Assembly (NCBI GenBank): GCA_019058445.1
Contig: JAHPZA010000005.1
Span: 52,276 to 116,275 of the forward strand
DNA length: 64,000 bases
Source of the DNA: Promethearchaeota archaeon
Lineage (GTDB): Archaea > Asgardarchaeota > Lokiarchaeia > Sigyniarchaeales > SOKP01
Direction of reading: 5' to 3'
Program-made: the position numbers and the translations under genes
Shown here: positions 19,601 through 30,800 of the stretch, piece after piece
How the letters are laid out: each line of letters opens with the position of its first letter
How positions within the stretch are numbered: position 1 is the first letter of the stretch
The notes under the pieces: generated by a model
What the model was told of the DNA's origin: nothing
What the model saw: only the letters and a program-made list of their open reading frames with translations
The model's database searches: none

Positions 19601-20206
19601 GTTTGGATCATCTAATCCATTAATAAGGGCATAATTTGTGTTACAACCAATATAATTTAAGCTTGAGTCTTTCCAATAAATTAATAAGGGGATGTTATCA
19701 ATTACCGATTCTAGCGTTTCTCGTGATTTTTCCAGAACATTCATGAGTTTTTGAGGATAAAGAAATTTCCAAAATCGCAGTTCTGGTGCTGCGTTAAGGC
19801 GCTCCTCGATTTCTTGATATTGTTTTTCCTTTTCTTTATATTTTGTGATATTTCTTAGAATTAGCATGATCATTTTCTTATTCTCGTCAATAAATGTCTT
19901 TCCTTTAAGTTCATACCATACGTAATATCCTTTTTTATGTTTTATCCTTAATTCATGACTCCCTCCTTCTTTTTTAAGAATTTTTTTTAATTGCTTTTCT
20001 AATTCTAGCGACTCTGAAGGATGAGAAAATTGAACTAATTGATGCTTTAGAAAATCATCTTTTAAATACCCTAATCCTTTTAGAAGTGAATTTTCATTTA
20101 TAAATTCAATTTCAAAATTGAGATTAAGAATGAAAATTAAATCCTCTATATAATCAGAGAAATCTAAATTAGTGCTATTGCTTTCTTTTAACTCATCTAA
20201 TATCAT
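16643..20206 (-). CDS. Soluble PAS-domain sensor histidine kinase (~7 PAS)
   Basis: Repeated PAS/PAC ending in DITE, H-box VSHELKTPL, NLLSNAIKF, DSGVG, GSGLGL. Confidence 0.95.
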   Translation of the reverse strand: MILDELKESNSTNLDFSDYIEDLIFILNLNFEIEFINENSLLKGLGYLKDDFLKHQLVQFSHPSESLELEKQLKKILKKEGGSHELRIKHKKGYYVWYELKGKTFIDENKKMIMLILRNITKYKEKEKQYQEIEERLNAAPELRFWKFLYPQKLMNVLEKSRETLESVIDNIPLLIYWKDSSLNYIGCNTNYALINGLDDPNHIISKKDKDLIWIKYKLEKTRKAEQQVINSGTPEYNVVEDWILPNGSKVWYNINRIPLYDPEGNVIGILTTYEDITERFILEQRLKDSEKKYRDLHEKLKAGYFEVDLRGDFKFLNESLCEIIGYPKYKLLDKNFEHFVDEQTKNELYKSFNKVYETEVGLSEFIHKITRKDGKVIMLEISVYLKYNLDGEKVGFNGLIRDITEKYVLEQKLKKSEEKYRNIINNISDIIVELDLELNFTYISPKCYDIFGFKPENLIGQNVYKFVYPEDIKKLKGIMDKAEVSEQILSAELRIRHRNGHYIPVFVRGNLVDIDDTVKVVGVAMDISEKKKAEQKLKESEEKYRLITENVNDLICLLNERVRYEYINEQSHLKILGYTKEDLLGTSILNLVHPDDVEVGLKQLRGGKTEGRGEFRVRHKDGHYLWIEVKGQVFYDKDNKMKGILISRDVTERKKAEQKIREADEELKELNKELERKVLERTKELKESEENFRSMAENSLLGIGIVKNGFIVYTNKAMSEISEYTFEEMLAWKRNHFTYRIHPEDRPHIFKQILNQQKAGHDSANNFSFRYVTKSGKIKWVELYTKSIQLQGEKADLNVMIDITEKKEAEELLKTSEEKYRSMINNLDVGFYRGKIGGELLLHNSTFNKILGFDLKENFIGVRSDHFFIDPEERKRYYEELMEHGVIQNYVVKVKDKNGKTIILQVHSHLIRNEKGEPIEIEGTFIDITEKFELEQKLKESGRKLREQNIELQKLDQLKTNFLTMVSHELKTPLISIGGYTDLILTKYKNLDPEIIDDLIRVQNNVERLGRYIEQLMDVLKIEAKKMEFNKEYTNIREIIQKCINELDFQINRKELKVEVFVDSNISLEVDSDRITQVFTNLLSNAIKFTARNGKIEVSAEKLEKDSKYLFKVKDSGVGINKDEIGHLFEKFVMLEKSPEGASTFESGSGLGLYITKGIIEGHNGEIWARSEGKGTGTEVFFTVPW

Positions 20207-20462
20207 TGATTGTTTCAGCCTCTTGTAGGACTCTATACAAAAAAGTTATTTATTAAATTATATGTATTCAAGAAAAGTTTTAAATTATTCATTTTTCAAA
20301 TTAATTTTGTTATAATACAGAGTCTAAATAGGTTTATATTTACACAAACAGCATTGAATTATTATCTCAAAAAATCGAAATCTTAACTTTTGTATTCAAA
20401 CTAGAATAGAAACAGAACGCAGTATGCTTCTAGAAGGAATAAATAAAGCTGTTAAAAAAAAT

Positions 20463-21098
20463 TCACTTTTTTTTGGAATAAAACATCTTATAGGCATGTA
20501 GTAATCTCTGAAAGGCAGTTATGAAGATTAAAATCGCAAAAATCAATAGTAAGATGATCCTCCATGGAATAACAATGGTAATTATTATTAGAAATATAAA
20601 AGTTTCAGTTCTCTCCATGATCCCGTGAGAATAGTAAATAATTTTTTGTTGTTCTTTTAAGTTTTCCTCTTCAGCAACACAGCCTACCATTAAAAAAATA
20701 GTAATACATAGTATTATAGCACTGAGAGAAAATATACCTGGCCACATTAGTTGGATAGGATCTGTTGAAATAATCGCTAATAAAATCGCTATTTCAACAA
20801 TTCTATCACAAAAAATATCCAAAATCCCTCCAAAGGTAGTTGGTTCTTCCAACCTTGCCACTGTGCCATCCAAAATGTCTATAAAAAATGATAAACTCAT
20901 TAAAATTGATGAAATAATCATAATTTCAAAAACAAACTCTACAAGATTACTTAAGAAAATACATAATGCGCTTAATAAACCTAACATTAGACCAATAATC
21001 GTAAGTGAATTAGCCGATATTCTTCCTAAAAATACTTTGCTTACAACCTTATTTATTGTTTTCTTGAGTTTAGAATTTTGAAACCAGTTATCAATCAT
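20463..21098 (-). CDS. CDP-alcohol phosphatidyltransferase family protein
   Basis: DILDGTVAR...GGILDIFCD signature (DxxDGxxAR..GxxxDxxxD); hydrophobic. Confidence 0.93.
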   Translation of the reverse strand: MIDNWFQNSKLKKTINKVVSKVFLGRISANSLTIIGLMLGLLSALCIFLSNLVEFVFEIMIISSILMSLSFFIDILDGTVARLEEPTTFGGILDIFCDRIVEIAILLAIISTDPIQLMWPGIFSLSAIILCITIFLMVGCVAEEENLKEQQKIIYYSHGIMERTETFIFLIIITIVIPWRIILLLIFAILIFITAFQRLLHAYKMFYSKKK

Positions 21099-21107
21099 CT
21101 TATTATG

Positions 21108-21887
21108 TTATGGTTTTAAAAAATCCATTAAAATTGTATTAAATTCTTCCGGTTTCTCAACCGATACTGCATGTCTTGCATCTTCAATGACCACAAGCTT
21201 TGCATCTGGAATTAACGCGGTATACTCTTTCTTAGCTTCTAAAGGAGTGTAATCTTCATCAGCAGCTAATATTAAGGTGGGACATTTTATCTCATGTAGT
21301 CTATCCATTACAGTCCAATTTTTAAGAGTTTTTAATGAACTAATATATGCTTTTTTATCGTTTTCGGCCCATCTAGTAGCCATTCTTTCACGTAATTCTT
21401 CTTGCTCTGGTTTTATAAAAAGTCGTTTAGCAAGTACTTCTCCCATTTTTTTCATTCCCATCATTTTGACGATGAGAACTCTCATTAAAAACATCTGTTT
21501 CTCCTTAAATGTTTTTATAGGAACCGAAGCACTCATATTGACCACTGTTAAGGTTTTAACAATATTGGGATGCTCAATGGCTAAATTAAATCCAATTGCA
21601 CCTCCCAAAGAGATCCCTACAACATATACTTCACCAATCTTTAATGACTTTATTAGCTCGGCAATATCATCTGCGAACATTGCAATACTATACGGTCCTT
21701 TAGGTTTATCTGTTAGTCCATGACCTCGTAAATCAAGAGTAATAACTTTAAAGTTTTTAGAGAATACTGGTATTTGTTCCTCCCAATCCCTAAGACTTGA
21801 TCCCAAACCATGAATAAACAGTAGGGGTTGACCTTCACCTATGATTTCATAATTAATATTTATATCTCGAATCAGTTTTTTTGGCAT
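21108..21887 (-). CDS. Alpha/beta-fold hydrolase
   Basis: FIHGLG, DLRGHG, nucleophile GISLGG, acid D, ARHAV His. Confidence 0.93.
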   Translation of the reverse strand: MPKKLIRDININYEIIGEGQPLLFIHGLGSSLRDWEEQIPVFSKNFKVITLDLRGHGLTDKPKGPYSIAMFADDIAELIKSLKIGEVYVVGISLGGAIGFNLAIEHPNIVKTLTVVNMSASVPIKTFKEKQMFLMRVLIVKMMGMKKMGEVLAKRLFIKPEQEELRERMATRWAENDKKAYISSLKTLKNWTVMDRLHEIKCPTLILAADEDYTPLEAKKEYTALIPDAKLVVIEDARHAVSVEKPEEFNTILMDFLKP

Positions 21888-22014
21888 AAAAATTCCTTTT
21901 TTGACTTAAAATTTAAGATTATTAAGTAACCAAATAATAAAAATAAAGTATTATTTATTGAAAAAATAATATTAAAAATATTAATTAATTATAAAATTAG
22001 AATAGTAATAAATT

Positions 22015-24744
22015 ATGAATGATAAAATAATTTCTCCTCCATATAATTTACGATGTGAATATTTAAATAATCCCATTGAAATTGATACTTCTTTTCCTCG
22101 ATTTTCATGGCTCTTACGCCATGAAGAAAGAGCTCAAGCGCAAAAAGCTTATCAAATTATAATATCTTCACAAAAAGATTATGCTGAATCTGGAAATGGA
22201 GATTTATGGGATACTGGGAAAGTTAATACAGAAAATACTGTCAATATTGTATATAATGGAAAGAGTTTAGAAAATAATACTATATATTACTGGAGAGTAA
22301 AATGGTGGGATAAAAATGACAATAAAAGCGAATATAGTGAAATTGCTAAATTTGAAACTGCATTTTTAACCGAATCAGAGTGGAAAGCGAATTGGATAAC
22401 AAGAAGAGCCTTTATAGACAAAAAAGAAAGGAAAAAATTTCAATATAAGTCTGGGACTCATGTTTTTCTTGGAGTAGTGAGAGAATTTTACGGAGTGTAT
22501 TTGCGCAAAGAATTTAATATTTCCAAAAAAATTACTAATGCAAGAGTTTATGTCTGTGGATTAGGGAATTATGAACTTCGAATAAATGGAAAAAAGATTG
22601 GAGATAAAATCTTAGATCCAGGTTGTACCGACTTTAAAAAGCTCGCACTCTACTCAAAGTATGATGTTAATAAATCTTTAAAGGAAAAAAATGCCATTTG
22701 TGTTATCTTAGGAAATGGCAGGTACCTAAAAAACTTTGGCTTTACTTATCCAAAACTTAAATTGCAGCTTATTATTCAATATGAAGATGGTACTAAAGAT
22801 ATTATATGTTCAGATGATACTTGGAAGGTTTCTCAAGGACCTATTTTAGAAAATGGGCTTTATTATGGTGAAAAATATGATGCAAGATTAGAAATACCCG
22901 GATGGGATAAACCTAATTATAACGATTCTTCATGGGAAAACACAGCAATAGTTGATGGACCAAGGTTAACTTCCCAGATGATGCCCCCTATTAGAATTTC
23001 TAAAGTAATCAAACCTAAGAAATTATATAGTACAAAACCTGGAGTTTATATATTTGATTTTGGTCAGAATTTTACGGGATTTATTAGATTAAAAGTAAAC
23101 GGGCCAAGAGGATCTGAAATCAAGATTAGACATTCAGAAATAATTTTTGATGACGGTACCTTAAATACAGCCACGATTCGAACTGCAAGTGCCACAGATA
23201 CATATATATTAAAGGGTGGTGAGGAAGAAATATTTAAGCCCCATTTTACATATCATGGTTTTAGATATGCTGAAATAACAGGTTTTCCAGGAGTTCCATC
23301 ATTAGAAAATGTTGAGGGGTTATTTATTCATTCTGATGTTCCTAAAACAGGCAATTTTTCCTGCTCTAATGAAATAATCAATAAAACTCACGAAAATATA
23401 ATTTGGGGCCAACTAAGCAATTTTATGGGTATCCCAACAGATTGTCCTCAGCGTGATGAGCGTCATGGATGGATGGGAGATGCTCAATTAGTTGTTGAAG
23501 AAGCCATTTTTAATTTTGATACTGCAAGATTTTATACAAAGTATTTACGTGATATTAAATTATGCCAAAAGGAAAATGGCGCAATTTCAGATGTAGTTCC
23601 ACCTTATTGGCCACTATATCCAGCAGATCCAGCATGGGGTTCAGCATTAGTCACAATTGCATGGTACTTGTATTGGTATTATAATGATATCCGAATACTA
23701 GAAGAAAACTATGAATCTATGAAGAGTTATGTCGATTTTCTAAATAGACATACCGAAGATAATATTTTATATAAGTTTGGAAAGTATGGTGATTGGTGTC
23801 CCCCAAGTAATATCGAATCAAGAAAAACACCGATTGAACATATAAACACTTGGTATTGTTACCACGATACATTCATCCTTTCTAAAATAGCTAGAATACT
23901 GGGAAAAAATCAGGACTTCGATGAACTATTCAAAAAATCCGAAGAAATCAAAGTATCTTTTAATAATAAATTTCTAGGGAATAAAATTCCAATTGCATAT
24001 AATACACCAAAATTTTATATGGCTGATAGAACAATCTCTCAAACTTCTAATATCCTCCCTTTGTATTTGAATATGGTACCTGAGGATAAAAAAGAAAAAG
24101 TACTTTCCACATTACTAAATTGCATAATTGAAGACAAAGATTACCATGTTGATACGGGTATAGTAGGCACACGATATTTATGGGATGTACTTATTGATAA
24201 TAATTGTAATGATGTGGCCTATAAAATAGTAACACAAGAGAGCTACCCCGGATATGGATATATGATCAAGGAAGGCGCTACAACATTGTGGGAAAGATGG
24301 GAAAAACTTGAGGGGAGTGGAATGAATTCTCATAATCATATCATGCTGGGTAGTGTTGATACGTGGTTTTTTAAAGCATTAGGAGGGATTTCTTCACTTG
24401 AACCTTGTTGGAAGAGAATTAGAATTAAACCATTTATTCACACAGATTTAAAATATGCTATTGCTTCTCTTAATACTTTTAAAGGCTTCTTATACAGCTC
24501 TTGGGAAATAAAAGAGGGATTCTTAAAAATGACTATTCACGTACCTGTAGGATGCACCGCTGAAAGTTGGATTCCTATTAAAAATACTGAGTGTGAAATT
24601 AAGGATGGAGATGATACTTTATGGCAGAATGGAGTTACTATTGAAAAAGAAAATGGTCCAGTACACAAAGAAGTGAAAGATAGCTATGTTGTATTTACAA
24701 TTGGCTCAGGTTATTATCAATTTACCATAACACCTTATGAATAA
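22015..24744 (+). CDS. Alpha-L-rhamnosidase, glycoside hydrolase family 78
   Basis: LRCEYL.NP N-terminus, DFGQNF.G, FTYHGFRY, IPTDCPQRDER.GW.GD, GATTLWERW, S.NH.MLG. Confidence 0.95.
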   Translation: MNDKIISPPYNLRCEYLNNPIEIDTSFPRFSWLLRHEERAQAQKAYQIIISSQKDYAESGNGDLWDTGKVNTENTVNIVYNGKSLENNTIYYWRVKWWDKNDNKSEYSEIAKFETAFLTESEWKANWITRRAFIDKKERKKFQYKSGTHVFLGVVREFYGVYLRKEFNISKKITNARVYVCGLGNYELRINGKKIGDKILDPGCTDFKKLALYSKYDVNKSLKEKNAICVILGNGRYLKNFGFTYPKLKLQLIIQYEDGTKDIICSDDTWKVSQGPILENGLYYGEKYDARLEIPGWDKPNYNDSSWENTAIVDGPRLTSQMMPPIRISKVIKPKKLYSTKPGVYIFDFGQNFTGFIRLKVNGPRGSEIKIRHSEIIFDDGTLNTATIRTASATDTYILKGGEEEIFKPHFTYHGFRYAEITGFPGVPSLENVEGLFIHSDVPKTGNFSCSNEIINKTHENIIWGQLSNFMGIPTDCPQRDERHGWMGDAQLVVEEAIFNFDTARFYTKYLRDIKLCQKENGAISDVVPPYWPLYPADPAWGSALVTIAWYLYWYYNDIRILEENYESMKSYVDFLNRHTEDNILYKFGKYGDWCPPSNIESRKTPIEHINTWYCYHDTFILSKIARILGKNQDFDELFKKSEEIKVSFNNKFLGNKIPIAYNTPKFYMADRTISQTSNILPLYLNMVPEDKKEKVLSTLLNCIIEDKDYHVDTGIVGTRYLWDVLIDNNCNDVAYKIVTQESYPGYGYMIKEGATTLWERWEKLEGSGMNSHNHIMLGSVDTWFFKALGGISSLEPCWKRIRIKPFIHTDLKYAIASLNTFKGFLYSSWEIKEGFLKMTIHVPVGCTAESWIPIKNTECEIKDGDDTLWQNGVTIEKENGPVHKEVKDSYVVFTIGSGYYQFTITPYE

Positions 24745-24838
24745 ACAATATTAGATATTGAGGTTTTTTTTTAAATATCTCATTTATAAAATACTAGAAA
24801 TTAGAATTAACATAATAAAACTTTATTTAGATGAAAGA

Positions 24839-27800
24839 ATGCCATTTAATTTAAAAGAAATTAATCAAGAGGAATTTAAAAACCCTCCAAAGCATGCCCG
24901 CCCCATGGTTCGTTGGTGGTGGACGGGTTTAGATGTAGAAAAAGAAGAATTAGTTACAGAAGTCCGTGAATTAGATGAAGTTGGATTCTTGGGCGCGGAA
25001 ATACAAGTATTTATGATTGGGTCGCCCATGGATCTTGAAACAAAAGATAAGGAACGTGCTGTTCGTGCTCATAGATTTATGCAACCATATTATTATGAAA
25101 TGATAAAAGCAGTTTTAGATGAGGCATCTAAAAGGGGAATGATTATGGATTTAACTATTGGTTCTTCTTGGCCTGCTGGGGGAGTACATATTTCAATACA
25201 AGATTCAATGAAAGTTTTATTGGTTGGTCAAAAAACTATAAATGGACCCTTAGCATATTCTGACAAAATACCAAATTATATTAGACCGCCAAAACAAGGC
25301 CTTGCATACATAGAGGATCTTAAAGAAGGGTTCAAATTAGAAGCTGTCATAGCATTTAAACCTATTGGGAAACCAGGACAAATAAAATTTAAAAAAATTA
25401 AAACAACTTACATTGACCAAGAATCGATTATTGATTTAACTGAAAATGTTGATGATGATTATATTTTAAGCTGGAATTTTCCTGAAGGAGTTTGGCAAAT
25501 TCTCTCATTTTATAGTGGGCCTTCTGGAGTTCATCCATTAGCAGATAGCCGTTCTGAACTAGATAAAGGAAGTTTAGTATTAGATCATCTCTCATCTAAA
25601 TCTATTAAAAAACATTTAGATTTACATCTTGGAGAGGGGAAAAAATATTTTAAAAATCATTTTGGTACGACTCTTCGAGCATTTTTCACGGATAGTTTAG
25701 AATTATCATCTAGTTGGTTATGGACTGAAGATTTATTAGAGCAATTTAATAAAAGGCGTGGTTATAGTCTTAAACCATTTTTACCAGTTTGTTTTGTTCC
25801 AAATAGAGATAATAAATATCTTCAAGCTTTTTTTGGTGGAGATACTCCGCTGTTTGATTTTAAAGACGATATTGGAGAAAAAATTAGATATGACTATGAA
25901 AAAACGATTTCAGATTTATTTTCTGAAGAATTTGTAAAAACAATGACAATTTGGGCTGAAAAGAACGAACTCAAGAATCGTATTCAAGCATATGGAATTA
26001 GAGTGGATAATTTAAAGACTTATGGTATTGCTCATATCCCTGAGACTGAACAATTATATGCGGGAGGTATTATTGATTTTTTGAAGTTTGCTGGTTCAGC
26101 TGCTATACTTTACGAGAAACCGATAGTAACAGCTGAATCTATTGTTTGGAATCAGAGAGATTATATGACAACGCCTCTTAAATGGAAAGTCGCTGCAGAC
26201 AGATTATTTATATCAGGAGTTAATCAAATGATATATCATGGTTTTCCATATCAGAATATAAAATTCCCCTATCCGGGCTTTTGTGGTTTTTCTACACCAT
26301 ATTTACCACAGATTGCGAATTTTTCTTCAAATTTTGGCAGAATGAATCCTTTTTGGGAATTTTTTCCAATAATGAATAAGTATGTATCAAGATGTCAATA
26401 TATTTTACAACACGGAAAAACAGTTTCAAATATTGCGATTTATTATTCTATTTTTAATTATTGCGATACAGTTTTTAATTATTCCGATTCAGAGGAATTA
26501 GTAGGTGGTTATTTAGACCAATATGATGCTCCCTTAACAAAAGGGGGTCTTGTTTCACGAATGAAGAAAAAATTAGATACTAATGAAAAATGGGCTTCAA
26601 AATTATTAAATTTAACCGACAAGCTAAGTAATAATGGATTTTTTTATACACATATTAACGAAGAAAGTATCCTAAATAGCAGAATAATTAATAACAAACT
26701 TATAATAGGAATGGGAGAATTTGAAGTTTTAATATTTCCAAATATAGAAAAAATTTCTTTAAATATGGCACGTAAATTAAAAGAAATAAGTAATTCAGGT
26801 ATTTCAATAATTTTTATATCTACATTGCCTGATAAGCAACTAGGATTCTTAAACTTCGAGCAGAATGACAAAGTAATCAAAAGTATTATAAATGAACTTA
26901 TTGAAAATAAGAAAGCATCTTTAATTGATGAAAGTCAAGATATTTCACAATATTTAATCCAAAAGCTAAATATAAATCCAGGGATAAGATATAAAAAAGA
27001 ACAACCATCTATTAATTATATTCACAAAAGAACTGAAAGTGCAGACTATTGTTTCTTAAGGCACTCTCTTAATCAGCCAAAAAAGTTAAACATAAGATTC
27101 CCTTTCTCAGATAAAGTACCATTCATTTTAGATCCTTGGAGTGGTAAAATATCTCAAGCCGCTCAATATAAAAAAGAACATAATTCCATCGAAATGGATT
27201 TGTCGTTTAATGCATATGGATCAATAATCTTAGAATTCAAAAAAACGGAAGAAAAACTGCATATTACTGAAAGCAAGTTAAAAACTGAGAGGATTAATGG
27301 TGGGCTAGTATGCTATGGTGATACACCTGGAAAATTTTTATTAAGATTAAGTAATGGCGACGAAAAGGTAATAATAATTAATGAGGAGGATTTAGTATCC
27401 ATTCCATTAAACAAATGGCATTTAAATACTAATATTAGAGACCACTTAGGAAATATCTCACCAATTGAAATGGATTTAGAAGAATTGGAAGATTGGCGTA
27501 ATATTCCAGAATTAAAATATTGTTCTAGTAAGGGTGTTTATACTACAAAATTCAATATAGAGGAAAAATACATCCAAAATGACCTAAAATTTATTCTTTC
27601 ACTTGGAAGAGTTCATGATGTCGCAGTTGTAAAAATCAATGGTTCCCTCACAGATCCTTTATTGGTATATCCCTATGAAATTGATATAGCACCCTATATA
27701 AAAAGTGGTGAAAACGATATTAAGGTAGAGATAACTCCAACGCTTAGAAATCGGTTAAATGGCTACGGTGAAAAAGGAGGTGAAAACTGGATAAATCATA

Positions 27801-27877
27801 AAAACAGAAAGGAATTCATGCCATCAGGCTTAGTTGGTCCAGTGGTAATTAACACAATAAAATTAATTAGTTTCTAA
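24839..27877 (+). CDS. Glycoside hydrolase family 106-like (alpha-L-rhamnosidase); start placed at ATG 24839 rather than TTG 24758
   Basis: F.NPP..ARP..RWWW.G, G.SWPAGG, AFFTDSLE, F..RRGY.L.P.LP, C-terminal PSGL.GPV. Confidence 0.85.
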   Translation: MPFNLKEINQEEFKNPPKHARPMVRWWWTGLDVEKEELVTEVRELDEVGFLGAEIQVFMIGSPMDLETKDKERAVRAHRFMQPYYYEMIKAVLDEASKRGMIMDLTIGSSWPAGGVHISIQDSMKVLLVGQKTINGPLAYSDKIPNYIRPPKQGLAYIEDLKEGFKLEAVIAFKPIGKPGQIKFKKIKTTYIDQESIIDLTENVDDDYILSWNFPEGVWQILSFYSGPSGVHPLADSRSELDKGSLVLDHLSSKSIKKHLDLHLGEGKKYFKNHFGTTLRAFFTDSLELSSSWLWTEDLLEQFNKRRGYSLKPFLPVCFVPNRDNKYLQAFFGGDTPLFDFKDDIGEKIRYDYEKTISDLFSEEFVKTMTIWAEKNELKNRIQAYGIRVDNLKTYGIAHIPETEQLYAGGIIDFLKFAGSAAILYEKPIVTAESIVWNQRDYMTTPLKWKVAADRLFISGVNQMIYHGFPYQNIKFPYPGFCGFSTPYLPQIANFSSNFGRMNPFWEFFPIMNKYVSRCQYILQHGKTVSNIAIYYSIFNYCDTVFNYSDSEELVGGYLDQYDAPLTKGGLVSRMKKKLDTNEKWASKLLNLTDKLSNNGFFYTHINEESILNSRIINNKLIIGMGEFEVLIFPNIEKISLNMARKLKEISNSGISIIFISTLPDKQLGFLNFEQNDKVIKSIINELIENKKASLIDESQDISQYLIQKLNINPGIRYKKEQPSINYIHKRTESADYCFLRHSLNQPKKLNIRFPFSDKVPFILDPWSGKISQAAQYKKEHNSIEMDLSFNAYGSIILEFKKTEEKLHITESKLKTERINGGLVCYGDTPGKFLLRLSNGDEKVIIINEEDLVSIPLNKWHLNTNIRDHLGNISPIEMDLEELEDWRNIPELKYCSSKGVYTTKFNIEEKYIQNDLKFILSLGRVHDVAVVKINGSLTDPLLVYPYEIDIAPYIKSGENDIKVEITPTLRNRLNGYGEKGGENWINHKNRKEFMPSGLVGPVVINTIKLISF

Positions 27878-30800
27878 TAGCTTCAGGAATCAAAATGACA
27901 AAATTGCTTCCTTTAGTGTAATCCCCTTTAATTTTATCTTCAACCCAGATTTTCCCATTATATTTTTTTATTATTTTTTTTATTAGCGACAATCCAACTC
28001 CCATTCCTTTACCGCCCTTATGTGCTCTTTCATACCTTTTAAAGATTAGATCTTTACGTTCATCTGCTACACCTATTCCATTGTCCAGAAATTCCATCTT
28101 GATATAACCTATTTCTTCAATTAATTTTTTAGATATCTTTATTGAAATCTCTACGTTTTCATTGCTGTTATATTTTACAGCATTATTAAGGAGATTATCA
28201 AATACATCTTGAACAAGATAATTAGCTTTAACTGTGATACTCTCTTTAAAAGAGTCGACTTGAGTATCAAATTTTTTATTTGTATAAACATTTTTTATAA
28301 ATTCAATTGAGTTTTTTAATAGATTATTTATCTCAATCGGTTCAATAGGTATATCTTCCTCTTCTAAATTTGAAAGTGTGTGAATATTGGTTATTAGTTT
28401 AGCTCCTCTCATAACTTGCTTTTTAATAATACTTGTTATTGCATTTACATCCCTTATTTTTTCAGATTCTGAAAGATGATATTTAATAAGTTCTGCAGAG
28501 GAATTTATCGTTTGAAGTATATTATTTATATCATGTGCGAAAAGATCCTTATAATAATTCGCGCGCTTATAGGCTTTTCGAAATTTTTTTTCAGACTCTT
28601 TTAGTTTTTTTTCAGCTTCTTTCTTTTCTGTGACATCGCGTGTTACACCTAAAACGCCGATTGCTTTTTGATTCTCATCGCGTAAAAAAGTTACTACTAT
28701 CTCCTTATTGATAATCGAACCATTTTTATGTATTTGTTCAACTTCAAAAACTCGTATTCGATTTAAATCCTTATCTTTTCGTCTTTCGATTTTTAATTCT
28801 TCTTTAAACTGCTCTACTAAAAATTTACATGAGGTGGGCGTATGATATTGATCAATTTTCATATTTAACATTTCTTCCACTGTATAACCTGATGCATTTT
28901 GAGTTGAGGGGCTAACATAAGTTAAATTTAGATTCATGTCAGTAGTCCAAATAACGTCATTAGCATTTTCAGAAAGTAATCGATATCTTTCTTCAGATTC
29001 TTTTAATTTTCTTTCAGCTTCCTTTCTTTCGCTAACATCCCGTGTTATGCCAATGATTCCAATCGCTTTTTCATTTTCATCCCGTAACCACGTAAGAATT
29101 AGTTCTACATCAACAATAGTACCATTTTTATGTATTTGTTGAATTTCAATCTTACGAACTCGGTCTTGATTTTCTGTTCCTCGTTTTTCTAACTCCAGCT
29201 CTTCCTTAAAGGCCTCAATTAAAATTTTTATTGAATTTGGGGTAGTAAATTTCTGAAATCCCAAATCTAATGTTTCTTTATCAGTATAACCAAGAACTTT
29301 TAAACAAGTCGGGCTAATATAAGTAAAACTTAAATTCATATCAACTGTCCAAATAACATCATTAGCATTTTCAGTAATTAAACGTAATCGTTCCTCTGAA
29401 GCACTTAATTTTTGCTCTGCTTCAATTCTACTAGTGCAATCTTCAATTAATGTTTGGATATATATTGTTCCAGCTATATTGATTAGTGATGAATTTATAG
29501 ATCCCCAAAATTTGCTTCCATCTTTTTTGATTAACTCAACATCTATCGGGGGTAATGGTTCTCCTTCCAATATTCTTCTTAATCTCTCAAGCAAGATTGG
29601 AATGAATTTTTGATCAATTATATTCTGTATAAAATACTTTCTACCAATTAATTCTTCTCTTACATAACCAAAGTCTTCCACTTTAGAATTACAATCTACA
29701 ATTATTCCTTTCGAATTGAGTAATATTATTATAAATGGAGATTTTTCAAATAAAAACCGATATCTCTCTTCAGATTCCTGTAATTTTCTTTCAGCTTTTT
29801 TTCGTGCTGAAATATCACGTGAGAGTCCTATTATGCCAATAGCAGTATTGTCATCATCACGTAAAAATGTCGCTGATACTTCAACATCAATTATTTTTCC
29901 ATTTTTATGTATTTGTTGTATCTCAAACCTTCGAGACCTCGTTAAATCCTTATCAGCTTGTTTTTCAATTGCCAATTCTTCTTTAAATATTTCTGCGATA
30001 ATTTTTATAGACTCTGGAGTTGTAGTTTTTTGTATCGACAAACCTTTCAATTCTTCGGGGCTGTAACCAAGCATATCATATGATGCAGGAGAAGCAAATG
30101 TTTGTTTTAGATTCATATCCATTATAAAAACAGATTCCTTTGAATTATCCGTAATTAATCGATATCGTTTTTCAGATTCTTTTAATTTTATCTCTGCTAA
30201 TTTCCTTTCAGATATATCTCGAACTACACCATAAAACCTCCCATTCTCCATATATGCTCCTCTAGCTGAACAATAAACATAATGACCGTCTTTGTGTAGT
30301 GTTCTATATTCTACTGTTAAATTCTTTTTAGTATCATAACTTTCTTTTAATACTTTTGCAACTCTAGGAAGATCTTTTGGATGGATAAACTTATGAATTC
30401 TTTTACCTCTAATTTCTTCGAACGTAAATCCAAAGATATCATATAATTGAGGGCTAGCATAGGTAAATTTTCCTTTTAAGTCGACTTCAAGCAATAAATC
30501 CGAAATGCTATTAACTAAATCTTTATATTTTTCTTCTGCTAATTTTTGCTCTGTAATATCGGAAATCACATGGACAGCTCCAATGATACAATTCTTATCA
30601 TTTAAAATAGGATTAGCAGAAAATCGTAGCCATTTATCTCCTATCTGAGCGATTGAGGATTCAGTTTGGCCCGATTTTTTCATAAACATGACTGGACACC
30701 AATCTACAGGTGTGGAAGTGCCATAAACAACGTCCCAACATGTACGTCCAATAATTTGTTGATAATTGGATTTTCCCAATATCTCTAATGTAGCTCGATT

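Noticed and set aside
24758-24838. TTG-started N-terminal extension of the GH106 gene
   Set aside because: AT-rich, intergenic-looking sequence; the family N-terminal motif begins just after ATG 24839
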